64,000 nt of DNA, taken from NCBI GenBank assembly GCA_963662335.2, contig CAXXVD010000001.1:608001-672000 (forward strand). Reading direction: 5' to 3'. The DNA comes from Chloroflexota bacterium (GTDB taxonomy: Bacteria > Chloroflexota > UBA11872 > VXOZ01). Under the pieces are notes generated by a model. That model made no database searches and was not told where the DNA came from. It saw only the letters and a program-made list of their open reading frames with translations. Both the position numbers and the translations under genes were made by a program. Shown here one piece after another: positions 19,456 to 29,094 of this stretch. How positions within the stretch are numbered: position 1 is the first letter of the stretch; each line of letters opens with the position of its first letter.

Positions 19456-19977
19456 TTAGGCTGACAGCAATTCGTCTCTCAGGACGATTGCCAAAACCGC
19501 TTCCACGTGCGCGCGCTCGATGCCCATCTCGTAAGCGCACACGGAAACGTGCCGTCGCCACTCGGCCGAGAGTCGGTTGGCTACGTACTCCCACGTAAAG
19601 TCGTTGACCTCAAAAGGCTCCAAGTTTTCGACTTCACGCAACAGTGGCGGCGCCAACTGCGTTGCCCAGCCGCGGGCGTTCAGTTTCGCCGCAATCTCCT
19701 CGCCAAACTCGCTCAGCCGATAGGGACTACTGCTCTCGATAGGCGAGCGGGGAGAAAGGTAGAGGAGTATTCGCTTGATGTCTTCTCTGACCTCTTTGGC
19801 GACGGTGGTGAACGCGGCCCGGTCTCTTTCCGCGTTTTCTTTCAAGCTGGCCAAGGTGCCGTCCACATTGGACGTCCAGCGGCTAACTTTCCATACAAAG
19901 ACAAAGACGCCAACGAGCGCTGAGCCGGCCGCCAAAGCCGCAATGACGATGAGAGGGGTGTTTAACCAGTCACCCAT
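19456..19977 (-). CDS. Hypothetical membrane-anchored protein
   Basis: N-terminal TM, short coiled coil, SSPYRLSEFGEEI segment; lower-GC codon use. Confidence 0.7.
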   Translation of the reverse strand: MGDWLNTPLIVIAALAAGSALVGVFVFVWKVSRWTSNVDGTLASLKENAERDRAAFTTVAKEVREDIKRILLYLSPRSPIESSSPYRLSEFGEEIAAKLNARGWATQLAPPLLREVENLEPFEVNDFTWEYVANRLSAEWRRHVSVCAYEMGIERAHVEAVLAIVLRDELLSA

Positions 19978-20061
19978 GATCCGCCCCATCCTGCATAGAG
20001 AGCACGTCAACTGAGAAGTCTAACCGCATCTGCAGTCAGAATAGCACAAGATTTCGCACTG

Positions 20062-20697
20062 GTGAAGAATATCGGGCGTAGAAACCGTTACAGGTTCCGG
20101 CGTCGCAGAGCGAGCGGCGCCGCAAGGCTTCTCGTGAGTAGGCGCAGCATTGCTGTGCTCGCTTGCGCGTTGCTCCTGCTTGTCGTTCTGCAAAGAACGT
20201 GCGGCGGCGACGGCGGCAGTGTGCGGTTTTTCTTGGATTCCCCGTCACCCCGGCCCTCTCCTGCGGGGAGAGGAAGCGACGGCTATCCGGTCGTTGCAGT
20301 GGTGGACGGCGATACCGTGAACGTGCGCGTGAACGGCACGGTCGAGCCGGTGCGCCTGATCGGCATCGACGCGCCGGAAGCGCGCGCGCCAGGGAGAACG
20401 GCGCAGTGCTACGGCCCGGAAGCGAGCGCCGGGGCCGAGGCGTTGCTGCAGGGAAAGACCGTGCGCCTGGAGTTCGACGCCTCACAGGGCCGGCGCGACC
20501 GCTACGACCGCCTGCTGGCCTACGTCTGGGTGGGCCATACGCTGGTCAACGAGTCGCTGGTTCGCCGGGGCTACGCGCGGGAGTTCACGTTCGACGAACC
20601 GTATCGCTACCGGCAGTTGTTCCAGGCGGCGGAGGCGGAAGCGCGCGCCGCCGGCCGGGGACTATGGGCAGCCGATACCTGCGGCGGCAGCCGGTAA
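20062..20697 (+). CDS. Thermonuclease (SNase-like) family secreted/membrane nuclease
   Basis: VVDGDT, VRLIGIDAPE, DRYDRLLAYV, GRGLW; N-terminal hydrophobic segment. Confidence 0.92.
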   Translation: MKNIGRRNRYRFRRRRASGAARLLVSRRSIAVLACALLLLVVLQRTCGGDGGSVRFFLDSPSPRPSPAGRGSDGYPVVAVVDGDTVNVRVNGTVEPVRLIGIDAPEARAPGRTAQCYGPEASAGAEALLQGKTVRLEFDASQGRRDRYDRLLAYVWVGHTLVNESLVRRGYAREFTFDEPYRYRQLFQAAEAEARAAGRGLWAADTCGGSR

Positions 20698-20716
20698 TCA
20701 TCGTCCTGATCAGGAA

Positions 20717-21412
20717 TTATCGGCCGGTGGCGGCGCTCTCCACCTCAGCCAGCAGTTCGCCGCAGCGCGCCGCCACCCGCTCCACGATCGCGTTCACGAT
20801 CATGGCGCCCAGTTCCGGCGAGGCGTGCACGGAGGGGTCTTCGCCGCCGCAGCCTTGTTCCTTCATGGTCAGGTCCGTGCGGTAGCGGCTCATGTCGGTG
20901 AGTTCCGGGTGCAGGTGCATGAAGATCGAGGTCTCCCACTTGCCCGCGTGGTCGCCGGTGTAGCCGAGGTCTTTCACCACCTCGTATTCGGGAAACGCCC
21001 AGACCCGCACGTGGGGATGCTGGCGCTGGTACCATTCGGCCACCTCTTTGAGTCCGCGCACGTGCAACGAGCCGTAGTGGCCGGTGATGATGACGATGAC
21101 CTTGAAACCCTCGTCGTCCAGTTGCTCGATGAACTCCCGCGCCAGCGTGCGCACGGTCTCGTCGCGGAACTCCAGGGTGTGCTTGAAACCGGCGTGGGGC
21201 TTCATGGTCTGGAAGCCGCACCACACCACCGGCAGCGAGAGCGCGCCGGCCGCCTCGGCGCAGCGGTCGGCGATGCCCTGCGCCTTCAGCGCGTCCTGGC
21301 CGATTGCCATGTGGTAGCCGTGCCACTCGAACGCGCCCCACGGCAGGATGGCAATGGGCCGCGTCCGCAGTTGTTCCTCGATCTCGGCGGGCAACATGCG
21401 CTCGTATCTCAT
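20717..21412 (-). CDS. Creatininase family protein
   Basis: PWGAFEWHGYHMAIGQD, TGHYG, DHAGKWETS. Confidence 0.9.
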   Translation of the reverse strand: MRYERMLPAEIEEQLRTRPIAILPWGAFEWHGYHMAIGQDALKAQGIADRCAEAAGALSLPVVWCGFQTMKPHAGFKHTLEFRDETVRTLAREFIEQLDDEGFKVIVIITGHYGSLHVRGLKEVAEWYQRQHPHVRVWAFPEYEVVKDLGYTGDHAGKWETSIFMHLHPELTDMSRYRTDLTMKEQGCGGEDPSVHASPELGAMIVNAIVERVAARCGELLAEVESAATGR

Positions 21413-21485
21413 AGAGATTCCTTTCTCATGGCCTGAATGGTAGCAAGCTGAACTGTTCTATTTCCATAGAATTAGCAATACCGGC

Positions 21486-21565
21486 TCCGTCATTCCCGCG
21501 AAAGCGGGAATCCATCTTGGTCGGGCGCGGAGAAGATGGATTCCCGCTTTCGCGGGAATGACGGA
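21486..21565. repeat. Palindromic REP-like element, family 2 (CGTCATTCCCGCGAAAGCGGGAATCCA...TGGATTCCCGCTTTCGCGGGAATGACG)
   Basis: Long inverted repeat; copies at 28684-28759 and 39765-39836, half copies at ~33973-34000 and ~58020-58047. Confidence 0.9.
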
Positions 21566-21646
21566 CAAGGAGCCTCAGCCCCTTCTTCACTCCCGTGCGC
21601 GGCTTGCGTTAAGGCGGAGAGGATTGCTCGCAAAGCGACGGCGCGC

Positions 21647-22330
21647 TCAATCCAACGCTTCCTGTCCCACCACCTGCGCCAGGGCCGCCGGCAGGCTGGC
21701 GATGTCGTCCGCCGTCACCCGCTCTTTAACCCGGTAGTCGGCCTTGCGCACGATCTCGCTCATCTGCTCCCGCACCGCGGCGATGCGCTTTTCCTGCACG
21801 CGCAGCAGGATATCCGTTGCCGCGCGCGCGGGCCGTGACGCAAGCACGGCGCGCAAGTGGAGCAAGCAAAGGCCGTCGGAATCCCCGTAGGTCTCCTGCG
21901 CTTCGCGGTCGCCGCGCAGCGTTTCCACCAGCAGGCCCAGGTGCCGTTGCTCGGCGTTGCTCTGCGCGTCGCAGCCCAGGCACGTGCCCTGCGGCGCCAG
22001 CCCCTTGCGCACCCGCGACGCCAGGCCGCGCAGAAAGCCCTGTTGCTCCTTGGCCGCGCCGATCTGCTGCGCCGCCTCGCCGAGGATGTCGAAATACGTC
22101 AAGGCCGTGCCCAGCGGGCTGTGCTTGTGGAAGAGCCGCCAGGTGTGGTGGTGGCAAAAGCCCTTGGCCGCGCGCACGAGTTCCCGGATCTCGATGTCGT
22201 TGACGTGCTCGTAGGAGTAGGTCTCCAGGAAGCGGTCGCCGCTGCGGATCGCCAGGCGGCAGACCGGACAGCCGGACTGGCGGACTGCCTCCAAGAGTTC
22301 ATAATAGGGAGTGTGCTTATCCGTAGACAC
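21647..22330 (-). CDS. DUF6062-like zinc-binding protein
   Basis: Duplicated CxxC...C-x-x-H motifs (CPVC/GFCHHH; CLGC/LCLLH). Confidence 0.75.
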   Translation of the reverse strand: MSTDKHTPYYELLEAVRQSGCPVCRLAIRSGDRFLETYSYEHVNDIEIRELVRAAKGFCHHHTWRLFHKHSPLGTALTYFDILGEAAQQIGAAKEQQGFLRGLASRVRKGLAPQGTCLGCDAQSNAEQRHLGLLVETLRGDREAQETYGDSDGLCLLHLRAVLASRPARAATDILLRVQEKRIAAVREQMSEIVRKADYRVKERVTADDIASLPAALAQVVGQEALD

Positions 22331-22565
22331 GGCTCATTCCAATGACGATGGCGCTCGCGGGACGCGGTGGTGCGAGTTCCCGTATAGAATAGCATGGACG
22401 CAAGTGGTTAGCGCGCCGGTGCGTAGCGAAGAAAATTGACTTCTGCCTACACGGGAGTTGTACGTGGCAGGCAATTCTTTGAAAGTCCTACGTAGAAAGA
22501 GCGGCGGACCAAGCGTCGCATTTACCAGTTCAAATCTCATGCCGAGTTGCATTGACAATTACGTC

Positions 22566-22669
22566 TGTCATTCCGAACGGAGCGCAGCGGAGTGAGGAAT
22601 CTAGAATGCTGCGGCCACTAGACCGTACGCACCGGTGGCGCTAGATTCCTCGCTGCGCTCGGAATGACA
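22566..22669. repeat. REP-like element, family 1
   Basis: TGTCATTCCGA...GAGGAATCTAG / CTAGATTCCTC...TCGGAATGACA. Confidence 0.85.
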
Positions 22670-22780
22670 TACGTTGTCAATACTTTCTGGCGTGCAGGAG
22701 ATACTGCCAGCGACGTGCTTGGCGCTTGCGGCAGTGACCAGGAACATCGTTCATCCATGGTATAAGGAGGACCAGCCCAC

Positions 22781-23854
22781 ATGCAGACGTATGAAATCGC
22801 CGTCATCGGCGGCGACGGCATCGGCCCGGACGTAATCGCCGCCGGCAAACAGGCGCTGGACGCCGCCGGCGCACTCACCGGCAGCTTTCGCCTGAACTAC
22901 ACCGATCTTCCTTGGGGCTGCGAATACTACCTGAAACACGACCGCATGATGCCCGCCGACGCGCTCCAGACCCTGGAGCAGTTTCAGGCCATCTATCTCG
23001 GCGCGGTGGGCTATCCCACGGTGCCCGACCACGTCTCGCTCTGGGGCTTGCTGCTGCCGATTCGCAAGGCGTTCCGGCAATACGTCAACCTGCGTCCCAT
23101 CAAGCTGCTGCGCGGCATCGACGGCCCGCTGCGCGGCAAGGGCCCGGCAGAGATTGACTTCGTCTGCGTCCGCGAGAACACCGAGGGCGAATACTCAGGC
23201 GTGGGCGGGCGCGTGCACGTGGGCGACGCGCATGAAGTGGCGGTGCAGTCAATCGTCTTCACCCGCGCGGCGGTGGAGCGCATCATCCGCTACGCTTTCG
23301 ACTACGCCCAGTCGCACGGGCGCGGCGGCGTCACCAGCATCACCAAGTCCAACGCCATGCAGTACAACATGGTCTTCTGGGACGAGGTTTTCTCGGAAGT
23401 GGCGGCGGACTACCCGGACATCGCGACGAGCAAATACCACGTGGACGCCGCCGCCGCGCGCTTCGTGACGCACCCGGAATCGTTCGACGTGGTAGTGGCC
23501 TCGAATCTCTTTGCCGACATCCTCACCGACCTGGGCGGCGCGTTGCAGGGCAGCCTGGGCCTGCCCCCCAGCGCCAACATCGACCCCACGCGCCGCTATC
23601 CGGCCATGTTCGAGCCGGTGCACGGCTCCGCGCCGGACATCCATGGCCGGAATATCGCCAATCCGCTGGCGGCAATCTGGGCCGGGGCGATGATGCTGGA
23701 CTACCTGGGCGAGCGCGAGGCCGGGCAACTGGTGATGGACGCCATGGAAACGGTGACGGCCGCCGGCGCCGCGCGCACGCCCGACCTAGGCGGCACGGCG
23801 ACTACGCAGGAGGTTACCAACGCCGTGGCGCGGGCCTTGCAGCAAGCGCGGTAG
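22781..23854 (+). CDS. Tartrate/D-malate dehydrogenase (decarboxylating), isocitrate/isopropylmalate dehydrogenase family
   Basis: AAGGAGG SD; GDGIGP, PDHVSLWGLL, RENTEGEYSG, TKSNA, FEPVHGSAPDI. Confidence 0.9.
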   Translation: MQTYEIAVIGGDGIGPDVIAAGKQALDAAGALTGSFRLNYTDLPWGCEYYLKHDRMMPADALQTLEQFQAIYLGAVGYPTVPDHVSLWGLLLPIRKAFRQYVNLRPIKLLRGIDGPLRGKGPAEIDFVCVRENTEGEYSGVGGRVHVGDAHEVAVQSIVFTRAAVERIIRYAFDYAQSHGRGGVTSITKSNAMQYNMVFWDEVFSEVAADYPDIATSKYHVDAAAARFVTHPESFDVVVASNLFADILTDLGGALQGSLGLPPSANIDPTRRYPAMFEPVHGSAPDIHGRNIANPLAAIWAGAMMLDYLGEREAGQLVMDAMETVTAAGAARTPDLGGTATTQEVTNAVARALQQAR

Positions 23855-23879
23855 CGCGTCCGGCGGCTGCGCGCACGCG

Positions 23880-24149
23880 CTACTTGCTCACGCGAACGGC
23901 AACGACGTCGATCCCATAGTATTTGCGGTGGCGCACCGAGGCCGCGTAGTGTTGCAGGATGCGCATCGAAAACTCCTGGGCCTCCTCAAGCGCGGCGTCC
24001 TCGTTGAGGTAGGCCAATTGGTCTTCGATGTTTCCCGTGACCGTATCGTCCGCAAAGACGACGAATTCAACCTCGGCGGTTTCTCCTTCCGGCTGCACGG
24101 TAGCTGCCACCGTACGCTTCGCTTGTTCCGCTTCCTCACCAGCGTTCAA
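23880..24149 (-). CDS. Short hypothetical protein, possibly 5'-truncated
   Basis: Protein-like composition and codon bias, but weak TTG start and no recognisable motif. Confidence 0.4.
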   Translation of the reverse strand: MNAGEEAEQAKRTVAATVQPEGETAEVEFVVFADDTVTGNIEDQLAYLNEDAALEEAQEFSMRILQHYAASVRHRKYYGIDVVAVRVSK

Positions 24150-24298
24150 AACTATCCATTGAGCACGATACGGTGTACGTCACCAAACTATACATCACTA
24201 CAAACCGTGCGGCGCAATACGCGCCGCCTTCCCTGTTTCCCTGGATAACCTACCCTTTCAGTGTCCCTGGGAGAAAGGGAAAGCTGCGCTGCGCTGCC

Positions 24299-25573
24299 CT
24301 AGAACGCCACCGGCTCGCGGAGGCCCGCCAGCATTTCAATTGCCGCCTGCCGGATCAGGGGTTCGCTGGCGGGCGCAATTGCCGCCAGGTTCGGTTCCAT
24401 GCCGCCCTGGTCGAAGGCTTCCGGCGTGGGCACGTAGGCCACCTCCCGCGTGGGACGGCTAATGACGACGGTGTGCCGGAACGGCGACGCCGCCTTGATC
24501 GCCAGCGCCGTATCGTGGAACAACTCGCCCGGCATGTGGATGAGCGCGGTATCGCCCAGCGTGACCGCCTTGATCGGGTAGCGGATGGTGGGATTGCGCT
24601 CGTACCACTCGTAGAGGAAGCGGTGGTAGCGGTTGTGCATGGCCTTGAAGTTGAAGCGCATCTCTTCCGGTTCTTCCGGCCACACCCGCGCCGGGACTTC
24701 TACTTCGCGGACGTGGACGTCCAGAGTTGGTGAACTATCCGGCCTAATTTGCTCGAAGACGTAGAGCGCCTGCGCGCCGACGGAGCGGCCGATCCGCCGT
24801 GCCGCCAGACCGTCGCGCTCGATGGGCACCACGTCGCCCAACCCGCCCTGGGCAAAGACGATCGGCAGTCCGGCCACCTCGCCAAAGACGTCCGCCACGT
24901 AGCGGGGATAATCGGCGGAGACGCCGCCGTACTTGTCGGTGGAGCAGAGCGCGTGGCAGCCAAAGTTGACGAACGCGCCAATGGCCTCACCGTCCAGCGA
25001 GTCAAAGCGCAGCACGCTCACCTCGTCGTCCTTGCCCTGCTCGCGCCACGCCGGGTCCGGCGGCGCTTCCTGGCGGTTGAAGACCATGTGCACCGTGCCG
25101 TCGGGCTTGATGAAGCGGCGGTTGTAGCACACGTCGGGCGCGTGCCCCCCACGAGAGGCCATCCGCACCGGCCGGAGCATACCGAACGCCTCCAGGATGC
25201 CGTCCGCGATGCGCGCGCTGATTTCGTCCTCATAGTCCTCGATGATGAGGTCCTGGGCGAAGATCATGATGTACGCGCCGTAGTTGGAGATGGGCGTGGA
25301 GCCGATGTGGGACGGACAGAAGAGCGTGGGAAAGGGCGCGATGCCGCGCGCCTGCAAGGCCGCGGCCACTTTTTCGTCGAAGCCGATGCCGAGTTCGAAG
25401 GCGTCCACCGCGACGATAGCGGCCGATTCGTCACCGTCTTGCAGCAGCAGAATCCGCGCCTTGAGCGGATCGTAGACCGGATAGCTGCGGCTCTTGCGCG
25501 TGCCGTTAGCCGCGGCGGCCTGGTCGGGCGTGATGTCTACGGCGGTAAATGCGGCGTGCAGGCGTGCGCTCAT
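24299..25573 (-). CDS. Neutral/alkaline ceramidase-like hydrolase
   Basis: AVDITP, DPLKARILLL, NRR, NFGCHA, SADYP, QGGLGD, PGELF motifs. Confidence 0.8.
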   Translation of the reverse strand: MSARLHAAFTAVDITPDQAAAANGTRKSRSYPVYDPLKARILLLQDGDESAAIVAVDAFELGIGFDEKVAAALQARGIAPFPTLFCPSHIGSTPISNYGAYIMIFAQDLIIEDYEDEISARIADGILEAFGMLRPVRMASRGGHAPDVCYNRRFIKPDGTVHMVFNRQEAPPDPAWREQGKDDEVSVLRFDSLDGEAIGAFVNFGCHALCSTDKYGGVSADYPRYVADVFGEVAGLPIVFAQGGLGDVVPIERDGLAARRIGRSVGAQALYVFEQIRPDSSPTLDVHVREVEVPARVWPEEPEEMRFNFKAMHNRYHRFLYEWYERNPTIRYPIKAVTLGDTALIHMPGELFHDTALAIKAASPFRHTVVISRPTREVAYVPTPEAFDQGGMEPNLAAIAPASEPLIRQAAIEMLAGLREPVAF

Positions 25574-25638
25574 GGGTGCTCTCCTCTCCATTGCGTGGGC
25601 GTACGTAGACAATTCTACTCCATCAGTACCAATTCCCT

Positions 25639-27390
25639 CTACGTTTCTGCCCCCTTTATGCCCTCATTCGAATCGTCGTGACTTGTGTCGGTATTCCCTT
25701 CATCACGCCCATTCCCAACCGGAACGAGCGCCGCTGCGATGCGATCTAGTTTCTCATGGACTTCCGGATGGATTTCGTCTACCTGCATGGCGTCGGCTAG
25801 CAGGTACATGTCCTTCTTGGGCGTCTCCTTACCCAATGACATCAGGAGCGGGCTCAAGAATTCGTCGCTCGCTTTGACGCGCACCAGCGAAACGTGGTCA
25901 CCGAATAACTCGGTTTCCGGCGGTACCTGTTTCCAAAACGCCGTATCGACCTGCTGGCCCAGCAGCGGATGCTTGGGGAAGGCAAAGCGCTTGATCGCCG
26001 CGGGATGCAAGAGGTAGTTCTCGATTTCGTAGCGGCGCCAGCGCAAAACAACCAGACCCGCGCGGGTCATCTCCTCATCATGCTCATCCAGGTTGTCGCC
26101 GTCCAGCAGACAGAGGCCGCGTATGTCTGGAAAGGCTGCCTGCATGGCAAAGAAGTGCGCTTTCGCTTCACGCAGGCTTCTGCCGCCAAGCCAGTGCACG
26201 AATGGCCTATCCAAGAACCGGCGCGCCGGGTGAGCGAGCGTGCGCGCCCACTCGCCCAGAATCTTCTCGTCCGACTCGCTCTCGACGTAGAGCACTCCCC
26301 CTACTTCCCGGGCCAGGAGTAGGTCGGTAGTGGTGAGCCGCTTGAGCGCCTCGCGGAGTTGGTCGCGCTCAGTTTGGCTGGCAAGGGCGCGGGGGGCATC
26401 CCCAAAGAATCCCAGCACTCGAGCCGGTTCCGTGGCATCGATAACGGCCTCGGAGTGGGTGGCCACGATGACCTGACCGCCCCGTTCGCGGGCAACCTTG
26501 CGAACCAGGTCATACACTTGCTTCTGCAAGATGACGTGCTGATGCGCATCCGGTTCATCGAGCAAGATGACGGTCGCCGGCCGCGCGTACAGGAACGCGA
26601 AGAGGAGGAGCACCTGGAGCGTGCCGCTGCCCGCATTGGAGAGGTCCAGGGGCCGCGCGCCCGCTCTTTCGCGGTATTCGCAGACGATGAACGGCTGGGC
26701 CGGCGCGTACACCGGCCTGACCAATTCAATGCCAAAGAGGTTGTGCACGTGCCCGGCGAGGGACCGCCAATTCTCTCCATCGTCACTGTCGGCGATTTCC
26801 AGCAGAAGATTCCGCAGGATGTCGCCCGGCCGGCCTTGCCCCACTAGCAAGTCCTGCATGCCGCGGTCGCGGCGGGGCTCGTCACGCTCGATTCCCGATA
26901 GCGGGGGAACGTGAACGATGTCAAGGCCTTTTGCCGTCTCCGCGGGAAATGCCAAAATGGCGTCGCGGTCAAGATTCTTAGCGCCATGCGGTCTCACGTA
27001 GACCATTTCGGGGCTCGTATATTGAAACTCGATGCCGCACGTCCACCGCTCGTCACCCGCCTGTCCCTCCAAGATGATCTCTATCAAGCGGGGCGTGCCG
27101 GCCATGCCTTTGGGTCCGGTGACCCGCCGATCCTCCCACAGCAAGTTCATCTCCCGCAGCGGCGCCGCGGTGAAGTCGGCGCGCGGTATGGCGACACCCG
27201 TGCGCCGCGCCGCCCGGCTGTCGCCCCGTTGCGATACCCAGCGGTCCAGGCCCACCTTCCAGGACGCGATCGCCTGCAGCAGCGTAGACTTGCCGGTGTT
27301 GTTCGGCCCGGCCAGCACGACCGAGTCCGCCAGAGCGAACGTCTGCTCGCGAAAGCGTTTGAAGTGCCTGATCTTTACGCGCTGAATCAT
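25639..27390 (-). CDS. OLD-family-like ATP-dependent nuclease (ABC/AAA_21 ATPase plus TOPRIM-like domain)
   Basis: IRHFKRF, GPNNTGKST, LSNAGSGT, LLDEPDAHQH, ATHS; C-terminal LYVESESD, LDGD, YEIENY. Confidence 0.8.
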   Translation of the reverse strand: MIQRVKIRHFKRFREQTFALADSVVLAGPNNTGKSTLLQAIASWKVGLDRWVSQRGDSRAARRTGVAIPRADFTAAPLREMNLLWEDRRVTGPKGMAGTPRLIEIILEGQAGDERWTCGIEFQYTSPEMVYVRPHGAKNLDRDAILAFPAETAKGLDIVHVPPLSGIERDEPRRDRGMQDLLVGQGRPGDILRNLLLEIADSDDGENWRSLAGHVHNLFGIELVRPVYAPAQPFIVCEYRERAGARPLDLSNAGSGTLQVLLLFAFLYARPATVILLDEPDAHQHVILQKQVYDLVRKVARERGGQVIVATHSEAVIDATEPARVLGFFGDAPRALASQTERDQLREALKRLTTTDLLLAREVGGVLYVESESDEKILGEWARTLAHPARRFLDRPFVHWLGGRSLREAKAHFFAMQAAFPDIRGLCLLDGDNLDEHDEEMTRAGLVVLRWRRYEIENYLLHPAAIKRFAFPKHPLLGQQVDTAFWKQVPPETELFGDHVSLVRVKASDEFLSPLLMSLGKETPKKDMYLLADAMQVDEIHPEVHEKLDRIAAALVPVGNGRDEGNTDTSHDDSNEGIKGAET

Positions 27391-27414
27391 CGCATAGCTC
27401 CCTGGTCTTTCCAC

Positions 27415-27504
27415 AGTATAGCAGTACAACTACCCGCCACCGCCGTGGTTTGCGCAGAGCGGCAGGGTAGATATGCCACACCCGCCGGGCCGCTCGCCTA
27501 TAAT
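27415..27504. promoter_or_regulatory. Divergent sigma70-type promoters
   Basis: Extended -10 TGCTATACT on minus strand (27423-27415) upstream of the ATPase; TATAAT at 27499-27504 upstream of dxr. Confidence 0.5.
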
Positions 27505-27543
27505 GAGAGGAAGCAATTTCACACTGGATGGGAAGAAGAACCT

Positions 27544-28755
27544 GTGCAGAAGCGCGTGTTGGTGCTGGGTTCCACCGGCTCGATCGGTCGGCAGACGCTG
27601 GACGTGATCCGCGCCAATCCGAGCGCGTTCACCGTGGCCGGCCTGGCGGCGGGCCGGAACGTGGACGCGCTGGCGGCGCAGATTGCCGAGTTTCAGCCGC
27701 CGGCGGCGTACTGCAGCGACGGCGGCGCGGCGGGACGCGTGAGCGACGGCACACGAATCTTTTCGGGCGCTGACGGCCTTACCCAGCTTGTGTGGGCGGT
27801 GGGCGCCGACGTGGTCGTGGTGGGCACGCCGGGCCTGGCCGCCGCGCGCGCGGTCATGGCCGCGTTGGAGCGCGGGCTGGACGTGGCGCTGGCGAACAAG
27901 GAAATCCTGGTCATGGCCGGTGACCTGGTGATGCAGACCGCCGCGGCCCACGGCGCCGCCGTCCTGCCGACCGACAGCGAGCACAGTGCCGTCTGGCAGT
28001 GCCTGCGCGGCGAGGACGAAACGGCAGTCCGGCGGCTCATCCTGGCCGCCTCCGGCGGTCCCTTCCGCACGGCTTCAGAGCGGGAACTGGCAGACGTGAC
28101 GCCGGCGCAGGCCCTGCAACATCCCACGTGGTCCATGGGCGCGAAGATAACCGTCGATTCCGCCACGCTGCTCAACAAGGGCCTGGAAGTCATCGAGGCG
28201 CACTGGCTGTTCGGCCTGCCGTATGCGCAGATCGAGGTGGTGATACACCCGCAGAGCATCGTGCACGCGCTGGTCGAGTTCGCGGACGGCGCGGTGAAAG
28301 CGCAACTGAGCCACCCCGACATGCGCTTGCCCATTCAACACGCGCTGAGCTACCCGGCGCGGCTGCCGACGCCCTGGGGCGGCCTGGACTTCGCCCGCGC
28401 GCCGGTGCTGGAGTTCTTTGCGCCGGATGACGGCCGGTTTCCCTGCCTCGCCCTGGCGCGGCAGGCGGCGGAAACCGGCGGCACCGCGCCTACCGCGCTC
28501 TGCGCCGCCGACCAGGCGGCGGTGGAACTCTTCCTGGCGGGCAAGATCGGCTTTCTGGATATTCCCCGCCTGATCGCGGGAGCGTTGGCTGACCACGCGA
28601 GCGCGCCGGTGGAGTCGGTGGACCACGTGCTGACGGTTGCTGAGGAAACGCGGCGGCGGCTCTTGGAAAGGGCGCGCGCGACTTCCGTCACGCCGGCGAA
28701 AGCCGGAGTCCAGGTTGCGCCCGGCGAGGATGGATTCCCGCTTGCGCGGGAATGA
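27544..28755 (+). CDS. dxr: 1-deoxy-D-xylulose-5-phosphate reductoisomerase
   Basis: LGSTGSIG, LANKE, PTDSEHSA, HPTWSMGAKITVDSAT, NKGLEVIEAH. Confidence 0.97.
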   Translation: MQKRVLVLGSTGSIGRQTLDVIRANPSAFTVAGLAAGRNVDALAAQIAEFQPPAAYCSDGGAAGRVSDGTRIFSGADGLTQLVWAVGADVVVVGTPGLAAARAVMAALERGLDVALANKEILVMAGDLVMQTAAAHGAAVLPTDSEHSAVWQCLRGEDETAVRRLILAASGGPFRTASERELADVTPAQALQHPTWSMGAKITVDSATLLNKGLEVIEAHWLFGLPYAQIEVVIHPQSIVHALVEFADGAVKAQLSHPDMRLPIQHALSYPARLPTPWGGLDFARAPVLEFFAPDDGRFPCLALARQAAETGGTAPTALCAADQAAVELFLAGKIGFLDIPRLIAGALADHASAPVESVDHVLTVAEETRRRLLERARATSVTPAKAGVQVAPGEDGFPLARE

Positions 28756-28849
28756 CGGAGGTCGGCATTCTAATCTCATAATAATCACCTTGGCCTAGCC
28801 CAGACCGCACATGGGCTCAACACGTGAAGGACATGACAAATGAAATCCC

Positions 28850-29060
28850 CTCTCTCCGTTCGTGCTGAGTGCTGCGCGAAGCCCTTGTCGAAGCATGAAC
28901 GGAGAGAGGGGCGGGTAGAGCCACCACCCATCTACGCCGCCGTTCACCCTTCGACGCCGCTCAGGGCGAACGGCTTGGTTAGGCTGCTTTCGCGGGAATG
29001 ACGGAGAGGTAGATACGGAAAAGGAATGACGGATAAACTATGACGGAGTGGAAATGACGC
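28850..29060. repeat. Cluster of palindromic repeats (CCGTTCG..CTGAG..TGTCGAAG..TGAACGG family and GGAATGACGG stutters)
   Basis: Two inverted copies at ~28856-28902 and ~28940-28973; related copies at ~31376-31408 and ~47696-47729. Confidence 0.75.
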
Positions 29061-29094
29061 AATCCGGATCTCAATACCAGGAGCGGTGTGAATA

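Noticed and set aside
26911-27543. Long N-terminal extensions or antisense ORFs (dxr 614 aa, 35461-37353, gmd 520 aa, 49646-51301 and similar)
   Set aside because: These are shadow frames of real genes in GC-rich DNA, with no motifs and overlapping well-supported CDSs.
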